52,518 bases of DNA from the NCBI GenBank assembly GCA_947632535.1, contig CANRPR010000003.1:1-52518 (forward strand). The letters run 5' to 3'. This document shows, in pieces, positions 1 to 9,235 of this stretch (position 1 is its first letter; every line of letters starts with the position of its first letter). The notes under the pieces were generated by a model. The model was not told where the DNA came from. It did not search any database and saw nothing but the letters and a program-made list of their open reading frames with translations. This DNA is from an uncultured Clostridia bacterium. Lineage in GTDB: Bacteria > Bacillota > Clostridia > TANB77 > CAG-508. The position numbers and the translations under genes were made by a program.

Positions 1-167
1 TCATTTTGCTCTGCTTCTGCATACTTATCCTTTCCTTCTTTTGCTCTTGCTAATATTCCATTCTCTCCAAAGGTTAAGCTTATTGTTACCCCTGCTAGTA
101 TTAGTAACACTATTATTGTTATTACTAATGCTATTAATGTTATACCCTCTTCTTTTCTTCCTTTCAT
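1..167 (-). CDS. prepilin-type N-terminal domain (pseudopilin-like) protein, first ~55 codons only; gene runs off the left edge
   Basis: Own minus-strand translation: ATG at 167-165, AGGAG at 180-176. Product is MKGRKEEGITLIALVITIIVLLILAGVTISLTFGENGILARAKEGKDKYAEAEQN... A short basic leader, then G, then a long hydrophobic helix is the type IV pilin-like signature. Absent from the ORF track because it is truncated. Confidence 0.6.
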   Translation of the reverse strand, partial: MKGRKEEGITLIALVITIIVLLILAGVTISLTFGENGILARAKEGKDKYAEAEQN

Positions 168-229
168 ACATACATCTCCTACCTTTTTTCTTATGATTTT
201 TTAACACCTTTTTCTTGTGTTCTTTTATC

Positions 230-258
230 ATTTTACAGTAAAGATAATCTATTGTCAA
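230..258 (-). promoter_or_regulatory. sigma-A-type promoter upstream of the pilin-like gene
   Basis: Minus strand TTGACA (258-253), 17 nt spacer, TAAAAT (235-230), about 60 nt upstream of the ATG at 167. Confidence 0.45.
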
Positions 259-384
259 GTGGTTGCATAATATTTCTTTTTGGACTTTCCGACTATATAG
301 AAACACTACTCCCATATATGTTTTACAAGTATAGTATGCCAGAATATTATGTAATGTGTATAGCATTTTTGTATTTGCTTTTGA

Positions 385-420
385 ATAAAAAATCGCCTTG
401 AACTTACTAAATTCAAAGCA
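385..420 (-). terminator. intrinsic terminator downstream of splB
   Basis: Plus-strand gccttgaa (395-402) pairs with ttcaaagc (412-419) around a 9-nt loop. On the minus-strand RNA the hairpin is followed by a U6 run (A-run 387-392). Confidence 0.55.
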
Positions 421-605
421 ATTCTATATATTTTTAACTCAAACATTCCTCACACCTCTTTGCGAAGCAAAGCGGTTCTTTGTATGGCATTTTGTCTATC
501 GCATTTTCTAATTTTATAGAAGCGTCCCAACTTGGACATTTTGTCCAAAAGAGAACCGTCCCCAAATGGACAAAATGTCCAAAAAAGAACCATCCCCATT
601 TGGTC
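388..605 (+). repeat. composite intergenic repeat, copy A (two full ~32-nt units plus a partial unit at 518-605, then degenerate modules and a hairpin at 388-517)
   Basis: GAAGCGTCCCAACTTGGACATTTTGTCCAAAAGAGAACCGTCCCCAAATGGACAAAATGTCCAAAAAAGAACCATCCCCATTTGGTC. The right end overlaps the splB stop codon (604-606). Modules 388-438 and 485-517 are homologous to 39959-40040. Confidence 0.85.
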
Positions 606-1611
606 ATACAATATACATTATTTTATTATTTGGAAAGCATTTTTTCATTTCGTTTCTTAAAAATGTTTCTCCCTCTTCTCGAATTTCTTTTTTATACATA
701 TACTTGCCTTTTCCTCTCCCTGTCATAAGTGCCTTATCGTATAAATCCACTCTATCTGGAAATGCTTCTTTATTAATTGCATTATGCACATAGCTATATG
801 TCATAAAAATTATTTCGAAAAAAACATCTTTTTTTACATTTTCGCTTAAATTGTCTGCAAGATATTGTATCAATGTTTGGTATTGTTCTTTCCAGTTTTC
901 GACTAGAATAACTGGTGCAATTAAAATTCCTATAGTGTATCCCGCTTCTTTTAATTTATTAATTGCTTCAACTCTATTTTGCAGAGGCGAAGTACCAATT
1001 TCAATATTACTTATAATTTCTTGAGGATTTACACTCATTCTTACAACTATTTTTCCCTTGTGTTCTAAGTTTAAAATTGGTTCTACCATGCTGAACTTAG
1101 TTGGAAAAGTCAGTTTTCCTTTTTGAGATTTTTTTGCAAAATTTTCAATAGTCCATTCTAAATTCTGTGTAATTGTATTTTCTAGAATTAAATCACTGTT
1201 GCTTCCTATTTCAAGAGTTAAATCCTTATCTGCATTATTGGATACTTTTATTATTTTATCTAGCATTTGTTCGCGATTCACAAACAGTCTTAAATATGCA
1301 CATTTGTTGTAATTACAAACTAGATAGCAATACATACACATTGCAATACAACCTGAGGATGTATATGGAACTAAGAAGTCCGAAGTTTTATGATTCGGCA
1401 CAAATTTGTGTGTTTTTCTAATGCCAATAATTAAATTTTGTTTCATTTGTGGAAATTCTTTGTTTTCCTTTTTTCTCATTTCTTCTATATTATTATGGCT
1501 TTCTATTTCTATACATGTTACACCTTTTTCCTTATACATATTTAACAGTTTTTTTCCTAATTCATAATTTTCTGCCTCTTTTTCAAAAAAAATTTCTCTT
1601 GGTACAAACAT
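604..1611 (-). CDS. splB: spore photoproduct lyase (radical SAM)
   Basis: 335 aa with the radical-SAM cysteine triad C-x3-C-x2-C in SSGCIAMCMYCYL. Overall SplB-like layout, AGGAGG RBS before the ATG at 1611, sporulation gene context. Confidence 0.85.
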   Translation of the reverse strand: MFVPREIFFEKEAENYELGKKLLNMYKEKGVTCIEIESHNNIEEMRKKENKEFPQMKQNLIIGIRKTHKFVPNHKTSDFLVPYTSSGCIAMCMYCYLVCNYNKCAYLRLFVNREQMLDKIIKVSNNADKDLTLEIGSNSDLILENTITQNLEWTIENFAKKSQKGKLTFPTKFSMVEPILNLEHKGKIVVRMSVNPQEIISNIEIGTSPLQNRVEAINKLKEAGYTIGILIAPVILVENWKEQYQTLIQYLADNLSENVKKDVFFEIIFMTYSYVHNAINKEAFPDRVDLYDKALMTGRGKGKYMYKKEIREEGETFLRNEMKKCFPNNKIMYIV

Positions 1612-1685
1612 TTTATCCTCCTGTTTAATAAGGTTTTATATAGTGTTTGTAAAAAGAGATTTTCTATTCGTTTTATTTGACAACT

Positions 1686-2231
1686 TCATAATAATTTTAA
1701 GCTATTATAATATTTTGTTAAACCTAAATATTTATTATTCCATGGTTCTAATTTTCCACTTAGAACATACGTGTATATTAATGTTTGTCTTTTATGATAT
1801 TCAGTATCTTCTGCGGTGTAATTTTCCTTATACTGCATAACTTTATCGTATAAAAATAAGGCTGGTCTATTTTCATAATATGTTGTTTCAACCCTAAAAC
1901 TTTTATATCTTTTTAAATGTTTGCAATAATTTATCGTGTCAAGTAAAACTTTTTTCCCGTAGCCCATTCTTCTAAACTGTGGTAATATTGCAAACCAATC
2001 TAGCCATATTGTATCTGGATATTCTCTAAAAACATCTACACCAGTAATGCCTATCAATTTTTCTTTATCATAAACTAAGAAAAAGCAATTATCGTCTAAT
2101 GGATTTATTGCTTTATCATATAAATCATTATAGTCTGGATCTTCTGGCCATATTGATTTCTGAATAGTAAATGCTATATCAACCGTGGTTTCATCAAGTT
2201 TTACATAAGTTAATTTATATTTTGATTCCAT
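1686..2231 (-). CDS. GNAT family N-acetyltransferase
   Basis: 181 aa. The acetyl-CoA binding-type segment LPQFRRMGYGKKVLL (Q/R-x-x-G-x-G/A) is typical of the GNAT fold. Confidence 0.7.
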   Translation of the reverse strand: MESKYKLTYVKLDETTVDIAFTIQKSIWPEDPDYNDLYDKAINPLDDNCFFLVYDKEKLIGITGVDVFREYPDTIWLDWFAILPQFRRMGYGKKVLLDTINYCKHLKRYKSFRVETTYYENRPALFLYDKVMQYKENYTAEDTEYHKRQTLIYTYVLSGKLEPWNNKYLGLTKYYNSLKLL

Positions 2232-2327
2232 ATAAATCTCTAATTATCCCCCTTATAATATAAATAGATTTTCCTATTATAATTAAAACTATATTGCATT
2301 TGACAATATGTGAATTTTATATCAATC

Positions 2328-2680
2328 TGGTGGAGGCGAGGAGAGTCGAACTCCTGTCCACTAACCCTTCATTACAAACTTCTTCGAGTACAGTTTGTTA
2401 TTAAAATTCCCAATAAAGAAAGTTAACAAACAAACTTTAATTATTAGTATCCTTTAAATACCCCCTGCTTTCAAGGAAAAAGCAGCTTCGTTTCCTACTA
2501 TTTCGACACCTTAATATAACCGTAGGCCTTTATATTAAAGCGTAGCTGCAACTAGGCAGCTAATGCTAATTCATTATTTCTAGCGTTTATTTTTAGTTTC
2601 TCGTTTTTTTAAGTGGCCAACGAGAATCCACTACTCGCTATTTGTAAGTCTAGATTAATGTCGAAACCCATTACGCCCCC
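2328..2680 (-). ncRNA. ssrA: tmRNA (transfer-messenger RNA)
   Basis: Minus strand starts GGGGGCGTAATGGGTTTCGAC (2680 downward) and ends GGAGTTCGACTCTCCTCGCCTCCACCA (CCA at 2330-2328). Internal tag ORF GCT AGA AAT AAT GAA TTA GCA TTA GCT GCC TAG gives predicted tag ARNNELALAA. Confidence 0.93.
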
Positions 2681-2696
2681 ATATAGTGTATCTTTT

Positions 2697-2725
2697 ATTA
2701 TACTTCATTTTTTATTATTTGACAA
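2697..2725 (-). promoter_or_regulatory. sigma-A-type promoter for ssrA (inside the 3' end of yqeG)
   Basis: Minus strand TTGTCA (2725-2720), 17 nt, TATAAT (2702-2697), 16 nt upstream of the mature tmRNA 5' end. Confidence 0.55.
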
Positions 2726-3211
2726 GTGCATTTCATATTTTTTCTTTATCAAATTCTCTATAGGTCTTTTTATGATTGTTATAAATATATCCTTTTCTTC
2801 AATTGGATCTACTAAAACAGAAAGCATTTTGCATCTATTTGCTCCTAACACATCTGTAAATATCTGGTCTCCAATTACAGCAATTTCATTTGATTCTAAA
2901 TCCATTATTTTTTTTGCTTTGTTTAATCCTGATTTTAGAGGTTTTTTTGCAAAAAATATGTAAGGTATATTAAGTTGTTTTGCCACAGTTTCTACTTTTT
3001 CTTTTTTATTACTATTAGATGCAATACAAAATTTTATACCTTGTTTTTGCAAGTCTTTACACCATTTTTCCGTACCCTCTGGCATATTTCTATAATAGTC
3101 TATTAAAGTGTTATCTACATCTAAAATAACACCTTTTATTCCATTGTCTTTTATCATTTCAATTGTAAATTCAGTTACATTTTTTAAATAGTATTTTGGA
3201 AATAATAGCAT
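2705..3211 (-). CDS. yqeG: YqeG-family HAD-IIIA phosphatase
   Basis: The DxDxT motif (ILDVDNTLI) and IGDQIFTDVLGAN are typical of the YqeG subfamily. Start moved to ATG 3211 (MLLFPKYY), which has a GGAGGGA RBS 6 nt upstream. Confidence 0.8.
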   Translation of the reverse strand: MLLFPKYYLKNVTEFTIEMIKDNGIKGVILDVDNTLIDYYRNMPEGTEKWCKDLQKQGIKFCIASNSNKKEKVETVAKQLNIPYIFFAKKPLKSGLNKAKKIMDLESNEIAVIGDQIFTDVLGANRCKMLSVLVDPIEEKDIFITIIKRPIENLIKKKYEMHLSNNKK

Positions 3212-3356
3212 ATCGTTCCCTCCGATATTATTATATAACATGATGTATTAATTATTCAAGATTGATTTATTAAAATAAAATCGAAATTTTATTTTTTATG
3301 TGTTTACATTTTATTTTTCTTACTATATAATAATTTGGATAGGAGAGTTTGTACAA

Positions 3357-4646
3357 ATGAATGAAGTTATTTTAAATGAAAATAAAAAATTTAATTTGCG
3401 ATTGTTCCCTTTTTATAAAGCACTTTCATGGGATCTTCTTTTTTATTATGCAATTTCATTTTTATTTTTTACTCAAACTAAGGGACTTAGTGCTTCACAG
3501 GTTATTTTAATAGATGGTATTTACACAACTTTTAAATTTACTTCCATAATTTTTTGCAATTTAATTACTGATAAGTTAGGAGAAAAGCGAGCTTTAATCT
3601 TAGGTAATGTATTAGTAGCAGCCTTTACTCTAACTATTATTTTAGCAAATAACATTGCAATATTTATTATATCACAACTTTTTTGTGCTATAGGTTATAA
3701 TTTTAAAACCATCACAGAGAATAATTTGTTATACTCTTCTATACCAAAAAATGATAATAGAAATACCGTTTTTTCAAATGTTGATGGGCGTGCAAGTTCT
3801 TTTTATTACTTTATTGATTCCATAACATCTCTTTTTACTGGTTTTTTGTTTGTTATAAATGGTTATTTACCTATGATATTAACATTATTGCTAAATATTC
3901 TATCAATATATATATCTTGCAAATTTAAAGAAGTTGAAGATGAAACTGAAGTTAAAAATGGCACTACTTTTAAAAAGGAACTTGGAGATATTAAACAAGG
4001 TTTTAAATTTATTTTTAAATCCAATAGACTAAGACATTTAATTTTATTTTCAGCTATATTTACCGGAATTATTTCATCTATGTCAAACTTAAGAAGTAGT
4101 ATTTTGACAGACATTAATTTACCTGCACAGTATTTTGGTATTGTAACTGCTGTTTTACAAATTCTATCTGGTATATTTTCGGCTAAGTCTATGTTGTTCC
4201 ATAAAAAATATAGAAATAGAACATTGCAAAAACTTGCAATTCCTTATTGCATATCTATGCTTGTAATTGGCTTCACTGCTGCATATATTTTTAACACTCA
4301 ATATATTTTGTGTTTAATTATTTGCTTGAGTATGTTTGCTTTACAAGCAATAGTAAAAGGTCCTTACTTTACCTTAATAAAAACATATTTAAATAGTTTT
4401 GCCTCACACACTATGCGAAATAAAATACAATCCGCTTCTGAATTTAGTAATAGTATAGTAAGAACTATTATATCTCTTGTATGTTCTGCATTGCTTGGAA
4501 TTATAAGCACAGATTATGTATTTATAATAGTTGGCTGTGTATTAACAATTTTCTTTGTTTTATTATTAGATAAAATGAGACATACTGTCGGATTAAAGCC
4601 TGAAGAATATCGTAAACAAGATATTGAATTTACTGAAGTTCATTAA
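3357..4646 (+). CDS. MFS-type transporter (about 12 TM segments)
   Basis: Highly hydrophobic 429-aa product with two six-helix halves and a charged central loop (KFKEVEDETEVKNG). Start at ATG 3357 after AGGAGAG. Confidence 0.65.
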   Translation: MNEVILNENKKFNLRLFPFYKALSWDLLFYYAISFLFFTQTKGLSASQVILIDGIYTTFKFTSIIFCNLITDKLGEKRALILGNVLVAAFTLTIILANNIAIFIISQLFCAIGYNFKTITENNLLYSSIPKNDNRNTVFSNVDGRASSFYYFIDSITSLFTGFLFVINGYLPMILTLLLNILSIYISCKFKEVEDETEVKNGTTFKKELGDIKQGFKFIFKSNRLRHLILFSAIFTGIISSMSNLRSSILTDINLPAQYFGIVTAVLQILSGIFSAKSMLFHKKYRNRTLQKLAIPYCISMLVIGFTAAYIFNTQYILCLIICLSMFALQAIVKGPYFTLIKTYLNSFASHTMRNKIQSASEFSNSIVRTIISLVCSALLGIISTDYVFIIVGCVLTIFFVLLLDKMRHTVGLKPEEYRKQDIEFTEVH

Positions 4647-4661
4647 TTTAATATTTTTTAA

Positions 4662-4689
4662 TTGAGCATGTTTTTAATTACATGCTCAA
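4662..4689. terminator. hairpin between the convergent MFS and gpr genes
   Basis: ttgagcatg (4662-4670) pairs with catgctcaa (4681-4689), with AT/T-rich flanks. It overlaps the last gpr codons. Confidence 0.45.
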
Positions 4690-5616
4690 ATTAATTCCTC
4701 TAGCTATAATATCTTTCATATTCTCAATTAAATCGTCTATTTCTTTTGGTGTTACAATAAAGTTATAATCATTTGGAATTAATGCCTCTTTTATCATGTC
4801 ATACTTATCCTCTTTTGCAAGATTATTTAAAAATTCATTTGAAGATGCATCTTCTTGCAATTTTTCAATGAATAAGTCTAAACTATCAGAAGTAATTGTT
4901 GCAACATCTACAACTGTAGGTATACCTATTGCAATTACTGGTATTCCCAATGTTTCTACACTTAAATTTTTTCTTGTATTTCCAACACCAGCCCCAGGAG
5001 TAATACCTGTATCTGCCAATTGTATAGTGCTGCTAATTCTTTCCATACTCTTTGAAGCTAAAGCATCAATTACAATTAACAATTTTGGTTTTATATTATC
5101 TACAATTCCTTTTATTATTTCTAAAGTTTCTATTCCAGTTGTTCCTAATACACCTGGTGAAACAGCACTAACTGGTCTTGTGCCTTCTGGCAGTATCTGT
5201 GGCATGTAATTTAAAATATGTCTTGTAACATCAATTTCATTAATTACCTTTGGTCCCAGAGAATCTGGTGTTACATATAAATTTCCTAATCCAACAACTA
5301 AAATGTCGTCTTTATCCTGTATTTTAGCTTCTAGTAACTTTTTCAATTCGCTTGATAAAGTTTCTGCTGCCAGTTGTATATCTTCGTCTGTTGCTACTTT
5401 TAGCTTTTTTATGTCTATTGTAATATAGTTACCTATTGGCTTATTTAATGCATCCGCTCCCGCTTGATTTTCAACTTTCACACGATAAGTTTTTATCTTA
5501 TCATTAATTTCTTCTTCCTCACTTTTTATTCCCTCAACCTCTTTTATATTATTTGCTTTTTGATATATATCTCTTCTTTCTAACGCCAAATCCGTTCTAA
5601 AATTATACAATTGCAC
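4678..5616 (-). CDS. gpr: germination protease (GPR endopeptidase)
   Basis: N-terminus ...FRTDLALE and the segments VVGLGN / TPDSLGP / VIDAL are typical of the GPR family. GTG start at 5616 (TTG at 5610 is possible). Confidence 0.9.
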   Translation of the reverse strand: MQLYNFRTDLALERRDIYQKANNIKEVEGIKSEEEEINDKIKTYRVKVENQAGADALNKPIGNYITIDIKKLKVATDEDIQLAAETLSSELKKLLEAKIQDKDDILVVGLGNLYVTPDSLGPKVINEIDVTRHILNYMPQILPEGTRPVSAVSPGVLGTTGIETLEIIKGIVDNIKPKLLIVIDALASKSMERISSTIQLADTGITPGAGVGNTRKNLSVETLGIPVIAIGIPTVVDVATITSDSLDLFIEKLQEDASSNEFLNNLAKEDKYDMIKEALIPNDYNFIVTPKEIDDLIENMKDIIARGINLSM

Positions 5617-5631
5617 TCACTCTCCCAAATC

Positions 5632-6444
5632 CTATTTTAATATTAAATTCGGATCTTGTTGCACACCATCTTTTAATATTTCAAAATGCAAATGTGATGC
5701 ATCTGCTATTTCAAAAGTCGCTGTATTTCCTACTGTTCCTATACTTTGTCCTTGTTTTACTTCTTCTCCAATTTGTACAAACTCTGTTGATAATAAGTTT
5801 GAATATAAAGTTTCATAGCCATTTGCGTGTTCTATAATAACCGATAGTCCATATCTTGGGTCATTTTTTATAGATTTAACCTTTCCTTCTTCTGATGCCT
5901 TTACTATTGTTGTTTTATCTGCCTTTATGTCTATTCCTAAGTGAGTAGTCCATTCTCCTAATGTTTCAGAATATAATAAGTTATCTTTAGCAAAACTTTT
6001 TAAAATATCCCCATCAACTGGTTTTATAAAACTTATTTCTTTCTTTTCCTCACTTGATGTAGTTACTGTTTTTTCAGTCTCTGTTGACTTTTTAGTTGTA
6101 CTGTTAGTATTGGTATTCTTTTTAACTGTATTTTCCACAGTGGTATTGTTTTCATTAATTGCCTCATTAGTAACAATATCAACATTATTATATTCATTTG
6201 AAGATTTAACTTCTTCTACTGTCTTTCCTATATCTGTACTTATGCTTTCTGTTTTGTCAATATCTTGTACAATTTGCGATATCTTCTGACTATCTAATTT
6301 TGATTCTTGGACTTGCTCTTGCATTTTACTTTTATATGCTGTAAAAGCTACAATAAATGTGATAATAGCTAATCCTATTGCAGTACCTGTTAAATACCAT
6401 ATACCTTTTGATGTTTTTTTAACATGTTTTCTATTTTCTCTCAT
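5632..6444 (-). CDS. spoIIQ: membrane-anchored M23/LytM peptidase, SpoIIQ-like
   Basis: N-terminal TM helix, low-complexity linker, and a C-terminal LytM domain (HLGIDI ... HLHFEI). Sits next to spoIID, as spoIIQ does in Peptostreptococcaceae. Start chosen at the second ATG (6444) for RBS spacing. Confidence 0.65.
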   Translation of the reverse strand: MRENRKHVKKTSKGIWYLTGTAIGLAIITFIVAFTAYKSKMQEQVQESKLDSQKISQIVQDIDKTESISTDIGKTVEEVKSSNEYNNVDIVTNEAINENNTTVENTVKKNTNTNSTTKKSTETEKTVTTSSEEKKEISFIKPVDGDILKSFAKDNLLYSETLGEWTTHLGIDIKADKTTIVKASEEGKVKSIKNDPRYGLSVIIEHANGYETLYSNLLSTEFVQIGEEVKQGQSIGTVGNTATFEIADASHLHFEILKDGVQQDPNLILK

Positions 6445-6526
6445 AGACATTCCTCCAATTTATTTTTCTAAAAAGAGTATGTCCTTTTTTTTACTGTTTA
6501 TACAATTTTTTGAAATTTTTTCAACT

Positions 6527-7528
6527 TCACATATCAATTATATCTACACCTACATAAAAATGTTTTATTATTTGTTCATAGTTTTCTCCTTGCCTTGCCA
6601 AGGCATCCGCACCTGTCTGGCTCATTCCTACCCCATGTCCATATCCAATAACATTAAATTTTATTGTGTCGTCCTTTATTTCAAATGTAAAATTTGCAGA
6701 TTTTAGTCCTAGTATTGTCCTTATTTCTACACCTGCTAAATTCAAGTTCCCCACTTTTAATGTTTTTACTCTACCTCCATCAGTATTTTCCACTATTTGT
6801 ATGCAATTATTAGAGTTAAAGTCTATTACTAAATCCGGATGTTGCTGCCTTATTTTATTTTCAAATTCACTTTTCGTAAGTTCTACTTCGGAATAGTATT
6901 GTGAGTATGCATCTTCTCCGCTTGTTTCCACTACTTGTAAATATGGATAACCGCTTCCTCCCCATACATTAATAGGAACTTCCGTTTTTCCTCCACTATT
7001 TGAATGAAAAAATGCATTAATAGGTTCATTATTATATGTTATAAGTTTTCCTTGAGTTTCATTTACTGCATTAGTTATTTTTGTCCAGTTACTATCTCGC
7101 ACATTTTCATCCCATTTTGCTAATCTATCCTCTTTAGATATCCATGCTTGACAGCATGAAGAATTGTCACATATATCTGCTTCCCCATGTTTTTTCTCGT
7201 CATGTATAAGTCTATATATAGTGTATGTTCTTGCGACAACTGCTTGAGCTTTTAGTGCTTCTTTGCTAAAATCAGCTGGCATTTCTGCTGAAACAACATT
7301 ACATAAATAATCGTCTAATTTCACGCTTTCTATCTCATTTGTGTTTGTATGTAATAATTTTACTGTTTGATAATTTTTATAATCATAGTTATTTTGAATT
7401 ACTACTTCTTCCTCTTTTTGTGGTTCTACTACTGTTGGTTCTATTTGCTTTGTAAACACTATAGGAATTAAAAATATAGTAAACATTAATATTCCAATAT
7501 ATATTAGTATTTTTTTCATATTACTCAT
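6527..7528 (-). CDS. spoIID: stage II sporulation protein D (lytic transglycosylase)
   Basis: 333 aa with a signal anchor. SpoIID-family segments EALKAQAVVARTY, FHSNSGGKTE and GHGVGMSQTGA. Confidence 0.9.
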   Translation of the reverse strand: MSNMKKILIYIGILMFTIFLIPIVFTKQIEPTVVEPQKEEEVVIQNNYDYKNYQTVKLLHTNTNEIESVKLDDYLCNVVSAEMPADFSKEALKAQAVVARTYTIYRLIHDEKKHGEADICDNSSCCQAWISKEDRLAKWDENVRDSNWTKITNAVNETQGKLITYNNEPINAFFHSNSGGKTEVPINVWGGSGYPYLQVVETSGEDAYSQYYSEVELTKSEFENKIRQQHPDLVIDFNSNNCIQIVENTDGGRVKTLKVGNLNLAGVEIRTILGLKSANFTFEIKDDTIKFNVIGYGHGVGMSQTGADALARQGENYEQIIKHFYVGVDIIDM

Positions 7529-7539
7529 TCCTTATATAT

Positions 7540-8286
7540 TTAACTAGTTAATTTTAATTTCATTTCACTAAGTATTCTTCGTTCTATTCTAGAAACTTGT
7601 ACTTGTGTAATGCCTAAAACCTTTGCAACTTGTGCTTGTGTTTTATTTCTATAAAATCTTAATAAAATAACTTGTTTTTCCCTGCTGTTTAATTCTTCTA
7701 TCAGATTTCTAACTACTATCTTATTTGTTATTAATGTAGCTTCATCTTCATTATTTGTTAATTTATCTAAAATTGTTCTTTCATCTTCTGTGCCTGATGA
7801 ACATTCTTCATATATTGATGTTACAGGTTGTATTGCTTCTAATGCAAAGCTTATTTCTTCTTTTGTAATATTTAATATTTCTGCTATTTCTGTAACGCTT
7901 AATTCTCTATTTTCCTTTTTTATGTATTCATTCTGTATTTGCATAATTTTTACTGCTAATAATTTTGTACTTCTACTTACTCTTACTAAATTATTATCTC
8001 GAATAAATTTTTTTATTTCTCCTAATATATATGGAACTGCATAAGTAGATAATTGTACTTCTAAACTTGTATCAAATCTTTTTATTGCTTTAATAAAACC
8101 TAAACATCCAATTTGATAAATATCTTCTGTTTCTACTCCTCGTCCTATAAATCTTTTGACAATATTCCAAATTAATCCATTATTATTTTGTATTAAATTC
8201 TCCATTTCTTGCTTATTACCATTTTTAGCTTTTTCAATAGACAAGTATAACTCTTGAATATGTTGACCTTTTGCTATTTCTTGCAT
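7540..8286 (-). CDS. sigF: sporulation sigma factor SigF
   Basis: 248-aa sigma-70 family protein (regions 2-4 recognisable, e.g. YAVPYILGEIKKFIRD) immediately downstream of spoIIAA-spoIIAB. Confidence 0.92.
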   Translation of the reverse strand: MQEIAKGQHIQELYLSIEKAKNGNKQEMENLIQNNNGLIWNIVKRFIGRGVETEDIYQIGCLGFIKAIKRFDTSLEVQLSTYAVPYILGEIKKFIRDNNLVRVSRSTKLLAVKIMQIQNEYIKKENRELSVTEIAEILNITKEEISFALEAIQPVTSIYEECSSGTEDERTILDKLTNNEDEATLITNKIVVRNLIEELNSREKQVILLRFYRNKTQAQVAKVLGITQVQVSRIERRILSEMKLKLTS

Positions 8287-8310
8287 AAATTATCTCCTTC
8301 TATCTTTTGT

Positions 8311-8790
8311 TTATATTTTGAAAGAATTTAATTTTTCGTCTATTTCCTCCTCATCGTTTTTTATTTTTATAGTTTTTTTCATGCTTACTTTTGTGCCTAA
8401 ACCTAATATAGATTCTATTTTTACATCTTCCATAAAACTTTCCATTATAGTGAATCCCATGCCAGACCTTTCTAAGTCTGGTTTTGATGTGTATAGTGGT
8501 TCTTTTGCTAATTCAACATTTTCAATACCTTTTCCACTATCTGCTATTTCAATATAAATAGTATTTCTTGATAATTTGCAAAAGATATTTATTAAACCTT
8601 CTTTTTCCTCATACCCATGTATAATACAATTTGTAACTGCTTCTGATACAGCAGTTTTTATATCTGCTAATTCTTCTATAGTTGGATCTAGTTGTGAAGC
8701 AAATGCGGCAACACTAATTCTTGCAAATGCTTCATTGTTAGATTTACTAAGGAATTGCAATTTCATTTCATTTTCATACATATTTTTCAT
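8311..8790 (-). CDS. spoIIAB: anti-sigma F factor (serine kinase)
   Basis: [39 protein letters not shown] closely mirrors SpoIIAB. GHKL ATPase motifs are present. Operon position fits. Confidence 0.92.
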   Translation of the reverse strand: MKNMYENEMKLQFLSKSNNEAFARISVAAFASQLDPTIEELADIKTAVSEAVTNCIIHGYEEKEGLINIFCKLSRNTIYIEIADSGKGIENVELAKEPLYTSKPDLERSGMGFTIMESFMEDVKIESILGLGTKVSMKKTIKIKNDEEEIDEKLNSFKI

Positions 8791-8819
8791 TTTTTAATTA
8801 AACTCCTTAAATTATATTT

Positions 8820-9155
8820 TTAAATAACTTCTTGTATATCTTTATTGTCCTGTATAATTGGAATAATCTTTAAAACTCCACTCATTTCAAATATTTTTCT
8901 AATACTTGTTTTTACATTAATAAGCTCTGTACTAGCTCCAAAAATTCTGGCAATTTTATATCTTCCAATTAACATACCTATTCCTGCACTATCCATGAAA
9001 GTAACATTATTAAAATCAAATATAACTCTTTTTGGCATATATCTTTGAATTTCATTATCCATTTTCCTCCTTATTTTATCTGTTGTATGGTGGTCAATTT
9101 CTTCTGTAATTTCAAATAACAGCAGCTTGTCCACATCTTTATACTTTACATTCAC
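8820..9155 (-). CDS. spoIIAA: anti-sigma F factor antagonist (STAS domain)
   Basis: 111-aa STAS protein with the phosphorylatable-serine motif FMDSAGIG. First gene of the spoIIA operon. GTG start. Confidence 0.9.
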   Translation of the reverse strand: MNVKYKDVDKLLLFEITEEIDHHTTDKIRRKMDNEIQRYMPKRVIFDFNNVTFMDSAGIGMLIGRYKIARIFGASTELINVKTSIRKIFEMSGVLKIIPIIQDNKDIQEVI

Positions 9156-9235
9156 ATGTATCCCCCCTGTTTTTTATACTTGACTTATTATACATTAATT
9201 GGAAATATTTTCCTATAGTGAAACATAGGAAGTTT

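Noticed and set aside
25-366. 113-aa minus-strand ORF from the ORF track
   Set aside because: The sequence is low-complexity and Lys/Asn-rich with no RBS. It spans the promoter and 5' UTR and, out of frame, the true pilin-like gene (ATG at 167), which has a proper RBS and a recognisable N-terminus.
566-793. Small ORFs beginning MDKMSKKEPSPFGH (also 34616-35011 and 480-728)
   Set aside because: The shared N-terminus is just a translation of the intergenic repeat unit (GGACAAAATGTCCAAAAAAGAACC). The remainder runs antisense through splB or rplQ. These are repeat artefacts, not a gene family.
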